This document shows positions 56,101 through 64,000 of a DNA stretch of 64,000 nt, in pieces. The stretch is from Phoronis australis (taxonomy: Eukaryota; Animalia; Phoronida). Positions within the stretch are counted from its first letter, which is position 1. Each line of letters begins with the position of its first letter. The DNA lies in the NCBI GenBank assembly GCA_002633005.1, contig NMRA01000012.1:1732179-1796178 (forward strand), given 5' to 3'. The position numbers and the translations under genes were made by a program. Below the pieces are notes generated by a model, which had not been told where the DNA came from, did no database searches, and worked only from the letters and a program-made list of their open reading frames with translations.

Positions 56101-59100
56101 AGAGAGGGTAACTCGTCAGCAAAGTGTCTTAGAAATTTGCGAACAGTTGTAAATCATGGGTGTCATTCACGTACAATAGGTCTTTTGAAATTGACATGCA
56201 AGGTCAGTGAGAACAGTTCTTTGCGAGCCTTGCTCTATAGTAATCCAGCTGTACCAGCTTTAAAGGGCTGGCAGGAAATTAATTGTTTTATTACCCCCTG
56301 TGAAATCTGAATAGCCAAGCCCGGAATGGTGGATCTCCACCATGTACAAACACGCTACAGAAGCGTCAAGTCTCCAGAACCGGAGGGAACCTCAGAGCCC
56401 GATTTCTTATTAAGGTGGTGCAAGTCCCGTTTTTGATAGTCCCTATTCACAGACTGCATATTCCCTCAATCAAGTGAGTTTTAATTTATTTCCCAAATAC
56501 TTGCGTGTAGCGTAATACCAATTTTCGGACTACCGTCATAGTCACTTCATGAAACAAACTCCTGTTTTTTGTTGACAATTCCCAAATTTGAAAGGAATTA
56601 GGAATAAGAAATTGTTCCTTTAACAAGTACGTCTATATTGCAGGAAGTGAAGACAGCCTTCGTGCTCATCGTAATGGCCGTCTACTGGATGACAGAAGTC
56701 ATACCCTTAGCAGTGACGTCATTGTTACCCGTCTTCCTCTTCCCCATGCTTGGGGTAATGAAAGCAGCGGATGTCTGTCCTAACTATATGAAGGTTCGTC
56801 AGTGTTGCGTTTTTAGACAAAAAACCCCTCTGCTGTAACTTGGTACAGGGTTTATTATAACAATTTTACATACGTATTTGGCATATTTTAGATATGTTTG
56901 GCCTTTTGTGCCAGAAAAGTGAAGCTCGATTGCAACTTAATTGGTGATTGCATGTATACTGTCATAAGAAAACGAATTAGTTTGAGATTGTCTGCAATGT
57001 CAAACATGATCACTATCATTTTCAACGTTTCAAGGCTAAGCAATTTGGAAAATATATACCAGCAACTTTAAATAATGAATGAATACGCTACAGTAGATAT
57101 ACATGTACCATGCAGTTAGTGTGATTTTAAACGTAGTCTACAGGTGGACCACAGGCGCTCGGATTTCCAGATCACTCATAACCATATATAAGAAACATAA
57201 AGGTTGGACACNCTCTTTTGCAACCGACGTATTTTTCCTACAGTTTACTAAAACCTAAAACTGTCGGATTTCTGCTTTCTACGTTTGCGTATTTTAAATA
57301 CATAGTTTTGTTGATATTGGCCAAATACACACAACCGAGATGAGAAGGTAGGGGCGAAGCCCCAGGACTTGTTCCCTAAATACACATAAGTCTTATATAA
57401 TCTTAACGCTGGGTACAAGTCTTCACAAATCTGCAAGCAACATTAAATGGGCCGTAGTGGCATTTTGGAGAGGGCAACTTGTCAGCATAGAGTCTGAGAA
57501 ATTTGCAAACAATTGTAAAACATGGGTGTCCTAAGTCACACACAACAGGCCTTTTGAAATTGACATGTAAGGTCAGTGGAACCAGTTCTTTGCGAGCCCT
57601 GCTCTATAGTAACGCAACTGTACCAGCTAGACTGCGTATCCAAACACAGCTTTACAAAGAGCTGGCTAAAAATGAATTGTGTTATTACCTCTTGTGAATT
57701 CTGAATAGCAAAGCCCGGAATGGTGGATCTCCACCATGTACCAACACGCTACAGAAGCGTCAAGTCTCCAGAACCGGAGGGGACCTCAGAGCCCCATTTC
57801 CCATTCAGGTGGTGCAAGTCCTGTTTTTAATAGTACCTATTCAAAAACTGCATTTCCACACAAGTGATTCAAATTTTCGGACTCACGTCTTAGTCACTTC
57901 ATGAAACTCCTGTTTATTGTTGACAATTCCCAAATTTGGAAGTAACTAGGAATAAGAAACTGTTCCTTTAACAAGTACGTCTATATTGCAGGAAGTGAAG
58001 ACAGCCTTCGTGCTCATCGTGATGGCCGTCTACTGGATGACAGAAGTCATACCCTTGGCAGTGACGTCATTGTTACCCGTCTTCCTCTTCCCCATGCTTG
58101 GAGTAATGAAAGCAGCGGATGTCTGTCCTAACTATATGAAGGTTCGTCGATGTTGCGTTTTTAGACAAAAACTCCTCTACTGCAATTTGGTACAGGGTTT
58201 ATTATATCGATTTTACATAGTACGTATTTGCAATTAGTCATATTTTAGATATAATTGGCTTTTTGTGCCAGAAAATTGAATCTAGATTTATAGCTTAATT
58301 GGTGATTGCATGTATACTGTCATAAGAAAACTAATTAGTTTGAGATTGTCTGCAATTTCAAAAATGATCACTATCATTTTCAACGTTTCAAGGCTAAGCA
58401 ATTTAGAAAATATATACAAGCAACTTTAAAATGAGTACGCCACAGTACTGAGATATACATGCACGATGCAATTAGTGCGATCTAGGCCGCCAGTAGAGTA
58501 CGTTTAAAAACGTACTCTACTGGCGGACTACGTTTAAAAACGTACTCTACTGGCGGACTAGATTGCGTTTAGTTACGTCAGTCAAGAGTCGTGGGAAACA
58601 ACCATGTATTCAGTCTCTGGTCGTCATGGTGACGCCCCGCCGTCTAACTCGCAAAAAGGTCAACTTCCCACCATGAGTATAATTAAACCGACTAAACATT
58701 CCAATTTTTGGGCCAAGATCGAGTTCGTGGTGCTAAGTGACCTATGTAGTATTATAATAACCTGGTGTAAGTACTGTCTTTTATTTTCATTTTCAAAAAC
58801 GCCCCCTATTTGCAGGACACTAATATGTTGTTCGTTGGGGGTCTGATGATGGCTGTGGCAGTTGAAAAGTCGAACCTTCACAAACGAATTGCTCTGCGGG
58901 TGCTTCTGGTCGTTGGCGGCAAGCCGAGGTGGTAAGCGAAAGTCCTCTCAGCGTATCTCACGTCGCCTATGAGACAATAGCTTCCATGCTTTTCACTTTT
59001 TATGCTTCTTCAAACTATACGTTGTTTAAGATTTCTTCCTGCCACCTAGCTAAAATGAGCGCGTGAACATGCTCAGAATTTGGTTGCTTGTTCCATAGAA

Positions 59101-62100
59101 CTAGAGTGCTATGCGTGTTCTCAAACGTCGTGCACATAGTCATTTGTTCAGGGCGCAATGGTCTACTGTACCATTAATACGACGAAAACATATGATCCCC
59201 CATGTGGAACTACATACAAAATTCGAAAGTCATTAACTTGAAGGAGGGAGGGAGGGAGGGAGAGAAAAGTATTCCTGGAACAGCTCAGCTTTAACTGCGT
59301 GTATATTTGCCAACATACGTGTACGTTATTCAGAGAATGGCCGGACCATATAGACATATCTTAATACGTCCCAGGCAAATCATGTGCAGCGCCGACACAT
59401 CGAGTTTAGGGGAACAATGAGCCATTTTGACTGGTGTTACAATGGGGGCAACACCGGCGATTGTGACTAACCGGATTGTTGTTTCTAGGTTAATGATGGG
59501 ATTCATGATCCCAACATGGTTCCTATCTATGTGGATTTCTAACACTGCAACAACCGCCATGATGGTCCCTATCGTAGAAGCCGTGTTGGTTCAGTTGCGA
59601 GACAGCCCAAAGAAGCCTGATCAACCAAACGGTGAGGAATATGTCGCAAGAGCTATCCGCCGGCCGGTTTACTACATTTGCATAATTGAAACTCGTTCAA
59701 GTGCACTACCTACGAGAAACGTAGTCCGCGACAATCACATGTGCCAGCAACTGAGTTTTGAGAAATTTGCTGTGTAATTGTTTGAAACCAAATAATTTCG
59801 TATTCGCCCATATAGCCACAGGAGGACAGAACACTTGATCAGTTACCGAGTACTACCCCTTAGTTTTGTATAAAATGTCTCCCTTCCTCGGCGCCAGGTT
59901 TACAATGTCAACGCTGCGTTATTGGAATAGTAGCACAATCGATTTTCATCCTAACTGGCTCAGCAATTCGCGACTTTTTAAAGTTAAAAAACAATCATTC
60001 GAAAACATAGAGTAATTTTAATTACTTAAAAGACATATATAACGTGTGCAATTTTATAATACAGGAAGATAGAAAGTCTGATCAGAAGGCAATAAAATCT
60101 GACGCTTAAAACGAGCAAAGTCCTTTTTTCTAATAATTGCGATTACGGTAACAAGCAAAATTCTAGAATATTCGTCCAATCAAGTGTAATCACCAAGAGC
60201 GAACAGAGCCACGAATCGCGATTTCGCAGTTAGAATGCAGGCTTTACGGTAGAGCATGTAGTGCATCTCATGTAGGTACGGTGGCCCGAAAGTATCATCG
60301 CTATTTTAGTTTATTAATTTTTTTATTTTTCCTTTTCCACCTAGGATGAAATATTTCAACCTAGGTGGAAATTATTTCAACCTAGGTGGAAATTATTTTC
60401 ACCCGGGTGAAAATAATTTCCACCTAGGTTGAAATAATTTCCACATGGGTGAAAATAATTTCCACCTAGGTTGAAATAGTTTCCACCCGAGTGAAAATAG
60501 TTTCCACCCAGGTGAAAATAGTTTCCAACCAGGTGAAAATAGTGTCCACCTAGGTTGAATTATTTCCACTTAGGTGGAAAATGAAAAATGAAAAAATATT
60601 TAAACAAAAGTAGCGATGATACTTTCGGGCCACCGTATGTAGGCCTACCGTCTGGCGAATAATGTTCACATTTGAATTTTTAAGACGGCAGATCAGACTC
60701 CAATCCACTTTTGCCGATGAAAGCATGTGAATGTGGCATTATACAGCGTTCTCATGTCGTGCTATCGCAAGGTGGACGTTCAGACTCTGTTTGGTGTCCG
60801 TAAAAATCACGTGAGCCCTCCTCAGACGCGTGTCTCATCTGCCTTCTTATTGTCCGGCTCCTAATCAGATAATAGAGCAGCCTTCTTACCGTCAGAAACT
60901 TGTTCTGATGATGTGATTTGTGACTCTGCTCGGACGTCCATGGTAATCACACAATTGCCCAGAATATTAGCAATTTGCGCTTTATATATAATGTCATTCA
61001 AATTACTCGTAATACGACATATACCAAAAACCTTTTCGTGAACGCTCGTTTTAAGCGTTTGGCTTGTCTTCTCCTCAGACGGTCTATCTGCTTTTTTGTA
61101 AAAGACCCAAATCTTAACATGAACAATAACACATTTTGGATACAGTATGACACAATAACACATTTCGGATATGTTCACGAAAACAACAACGGATTTAAAA
61201 CTTGACATGTTTCGGTGTCATTTATTAAACATTTATTAAAGAGCACTGCTGATAACAATCAGCAGTGCTCTTTCAATGACTTTGCAATAATAGACCAGGC
61301 AGTAACAACAAAGGAGCTTAAAATTCGTGAGGCTTTACATATCAGTTGGTGCAAGCCCAATCTCAATAGGCAACTGACACACCACAGGTTGTCATTGTTG
61401 GTATAGTTCATTGTCACTCCCTGTAACTGACTGTATCTGTGCTTCATTACTTGTTGCTGGGCCTAGCTAGGTGGCCACTGTATTATGACTTCTGAGGATG
61501 GTGTTTAATAAATGACACCGAAACATGTCAAGTTTTAAATCCGTTGTTGTTTTCGTGAACATATGCTGTTACTTGCTATCATGGAGACATTTCGGATACA
61601 GTATGACATAAGACGTAATTCCATTTTTCATACTTAGGATCACCGCAGTATGACAACAGGGGATATGTGGAAGATGAAAAAGGCCTTGAGCTGCACGATG
61701 CCATCAAATTTAAACAAGAGTGAGTTCATCGATGTTACTTTATTACTTTGGCTCAAATTTTGGGATTGCGAATAAACTAAACCTGAGAATAAATCCAGTT
61801 CCTCGCGAATATTCCATACCACTGACTGAGGACTGATAGTGTTAATATTTTTTCCCGTGTGTTAAAATAATACAGTGATTCACGTACTGTGAAGCTATTT
61901 TAAGCAACTCTTTAAGTTCTTAAAACCACTGTTTACTACCTTGTTATGACAAGTGACTACTGTACATTGTCAGCATCATTAAATCTTCCTTCATAGTAAA
62001 GCATATCGCAATCGTGAATTTAATACCCACAAACGAGGAACTAGAAGGAAAGCGGCTTCATCTGAAAGTTTCTTAGCTCCACGCACATGAGTGTGACGTA

Positions 62101-62904
62101 TGAATGTACCCAGCGCCAGTGTGCCATGCCCACCAACACGCCATTCCTTCATACCATAAACCACGAGAAAACGAGCAGCAATAACTGCCATCTTTTGACA
62201 CTAAATAAAATGAAGAATAACTAGTGTAGTGATTGGTTGTCCGACTTTACGCATTTTGTATCGACCAATAAACGCTCGTAACTAGATAATCAACATATCG
62301 CCAGATAGTGCTTGAGGGTGTTGATCGACTAGTGGAGTTGTTTTTGTGGCGTTTTTGATATAGGCCTAAAACTGGTGATTTCAAGCTCTTTAAACAATGT
62401 CCTCACAGTCCTGTTTGAATTAGCATGTACTCAATTTCAAAACAAAATTTGAAGCAGTAAGTACAATAAAAGCCTCGCAAATACTTTCTTTCCTTGTTGT
62501 TAGTCTCCAAGAGAAGGAGCCCTCTGGAGAGAAGACAGTTGGAGAAATTGACATAGCCATAGAAAGCGAGACGGATGCGGGAGACGTGCATCATCAGAAG
62601 ATGTGTAAAGCCATGTGTCTATGTATCTGCTACTCAGCAAGTATTGGAGGAATCTCCACTCTCACCGGCACAGGGCCTAACCTTGTACTGAAGGGACAGA
62701 CAGACGAGTGGGTATAGAAGCGGGAAGCATTTACACCTTCATAGTGATGCGTTTCTCTGCTATAATGCTATTCTCAGTCCGGTGCACTTACACGAAGTCT
62801 TAGTTCTTTCTGATTTATTCCTGTTTTCCTTTTAACGTTTGATAATGGAGACGCTGGAATACTGACAAACGCACACGTACGCACGCACGCACGCACGCAG
62901 GCAA

Positions 62905-62939
<35 letters not shown>

Positions 62940-63779
62940 CACACGCACACACACACACACACACACATACACACACACACACACACACACAGACACAGAC
63001 GTACACCAGTTAAGTCTGAATTATTGTGAAGCAAGGTTCTCACTCAAAGTACAAACACAATGAGCGCCATCGAGCGGAATTTGAACAAAAATCTTTGATT
63101 ATGAGACGTACCAACTGCTTTAGCTAGGCCCCTGTCGCCTCGTCATGGATTACATCTTGAGATTAGAAGTTTTCCTCTACAATACACGGTTATTAGATCC
63201 TGGGCAATCAGCCATGAAATGCCCGTGTGAAGAATACGTGTTCACTAGGTTGCTGGGCTACCAGATAAATTTTAGCATTGACAACACAAGAACTATCATA
63301 CAATCGTTTATCTGGCGCAGTCCTCGGATATTAAGTGTAAACCAGTCTCAAACAACTCGTTTCGGATGTAATAATTTTGCTGACAAGGTTGTGAATTTTC
63401 AGGTGGCCCCGTTCTTGCAGACAGATAAAAATCAACACATAGGGTAGCACTATTTGATGTCCATGAGGAAAATATGAAAATTTGTATTTTGCATTAGAGC
63501 ACCAAGCGTTTTTTCTAGCACATTCTTAAGTAACTGCTAACAAGAAGTTTGATGAGAATTTTCTTAAAAAAACTAAAAGGCATTTGGAATTAATGAATCT
63601 GCGTCTGTGGATGGCAATAAGATGACGTCATTCTCTTACAGTTTGTTCAAGGAAAACGGTGAAACCAATCCGGTGACTTTCTCCTCCTGGATGGTGGCCG
63701 CCTTGCCAGTGTCCGCCCTGTCTCTTTTCTTGGGTTGGTTGTGGTTGCAGACCTGGTTTTTGGGATGTTGCAAGAAAAG
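53131..63779 (+). CDS. SLC13A5: SLC13/DASS family Na+-dependent di/tricarboxylate (or sulfate) cotransporter, Indy/NaCT/NaDC-like; 5' portion only, continues beyond the window
   Basis: Exons: 53131-53238, 56644-56793 (or duplicate 57992-58141), 58816-58931, 59489-59631, 61638-61719, 62504-62707, 63642-63779; phases are consistent. Motifs: [57 protein letters not shown] (SNT motif), [24 protein letters not shown]. The exact SLC13 paralogue is uncertain. Confidence 0.92.
55756..58480. repeat. ~1.3-1.45 kb tandem duplication (55756-~57150 and 57213-~58480) containing SLC13 exon 2
   Basis: Collinear near-identical intronic and exonic sequence with many substitutions and small indels. Both copies start right after a single N (55755, 57212) at a CT tract. 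Confidence 0.85.
57992..58141 (+). CDS. Second copy of SLC13 coding exon 2 (identical 50-aa peptide)
   Basis: Same peptide EVKTAFV...PNYMK as 56644-56793, with intact CAG acceptor and GT donor. Three synonymous differences (GTA/GTG, TTA/TTG, GGG/GGA). Confidence 0.75.
58482..58561. repeat. Palindromic mini-element with an internal 30-bp duplication
   Basis: CCGCCAGTAGAGTACGTTT-AA-AAACGTACTCTACTGGCGG hairpin. The right arm CGTTTAAAAACGTACTCTACTGGCGGACTA occurs twice. Confidence 0.7.
60277..60637. mobile_element. MITE with 27-bp perfect TIR (TACGG...CCGTA) and 6-bp TSD; IS3EU-like non-autonomous DNA transposon
   Basis: TIR TACGGTGGCCCGAAAGTATCATCGCTA at both ends. TSD TGTAGG at 60271-60276 and 60638-60643. 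Interior consists of ~21-22-bp palindromic repeats (TTCCACCTAGGTTGAAATAA). Confidence 0.85.
61169..61564 (+). mobile_element. Penelope-like retroelement remnant: GIY-YIG endonuclease C-terminus plus 3' end, with inverted 63-bp terminal duplication
   Basis: 61215-61406 encodes ...HL...F.IID......LKIREALHI...KPNLNRQ, typical of the PLE GIY-YIG tail. 61169-61231 is the exact reverse complement of 61502-61564. Confidence 0.85.
61487..61534 (+). ncRNA. Minimal type I hammerhead ribozyme motif (Penelope-associated)
   Basis: GACTT-CTGAGGA-T-GGTGT(loop)ACACC-GAAAC-AT-GTC-AAGTT. It has the CUGANGA and GAAA core, stem II GGTGT/ACACC, stem I GACTT/AAGTT, palindromic ACATGT in place of stem III, and a GUC cleavage triplet. 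Confidence 0.75.
62870..63000. repeat. Compound microsatellite (GCAC)n/(AC)n
   Basis: Directly visible. Confidence 0.95.
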
Positions 63780-63960
63780 GTAAAACGTTGCTGATATCTA
63801 TGTATTTCTGCTTTCAGAACTAGAGGAATAGACACACAGGGAGATAGACAGATAGATGGGTGGATGGATGGATGGTTACTGTAGACTGCAACTGCGTGGG
63901 TGTAAGAATAAATGAGATTGGAAAGGTTGATATGTATATCAACCTTTCCAATCCATCCAT

Positions 63961-63962
<2 letters not shown>

Positions 63963-64000
<38 letters not shown>
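63963..64000. repeat. (AT)n microsatellite running to the window end
   Basis: Directly visible. Confidence 0.95.

Noticed and set aside
60345-60580. Regular short palindromic repeats superficially like a CRISPR array
   Set aside because: No unique spacers, eukaryotic context, and they lie inside a TIR/TSD-bounded MITE.
62774-63043. Cys/Val-rich ORFs
   Set aside because: Translations of the (GT)n/(GCGT)n microsatellite.

Overview
Eukaryotic (bilaterian invertebrate-like, AT-rich, intron-rich) genomic DNA with one 143-N gap and four single-N contig joins. Three spliced protein-coding genes can be built by hand with GT-AG introns and consistent phases. (1) A VPS37B/C-like ESCRT-I subunit on the minus strand (4 coding exons, ~207 aa). 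(2) A complete TAO kinase on the plus strand (17 coding exons, ~906 aa), head-to-head with VPS37. (3) The 5' part of an SLC13/Indy-type Na+/carboxylate cotransporter on the plus strand, running off the right edge, with its second coding exon present twice. Introns and intergenic DNA hold many repeats: a 5'-truncated RNase H-bearing LINE, a Penelope-like remnant with an inverted terminal repeat and a minimal hammerhead ribozyme motif, several MITEs with target-site duplications, and tRNA-headed SINE-like repeats. The most striking items are a DINE-1/HINE-type Helentron derivative carrying 11 same-orientation CTCF-like motifs at ~148-bp spacing between TAO and SLC13, and two tandem amplifications of exon/splice-site junctions in TAO. 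All calls come from reading the sequence; no database search was run.
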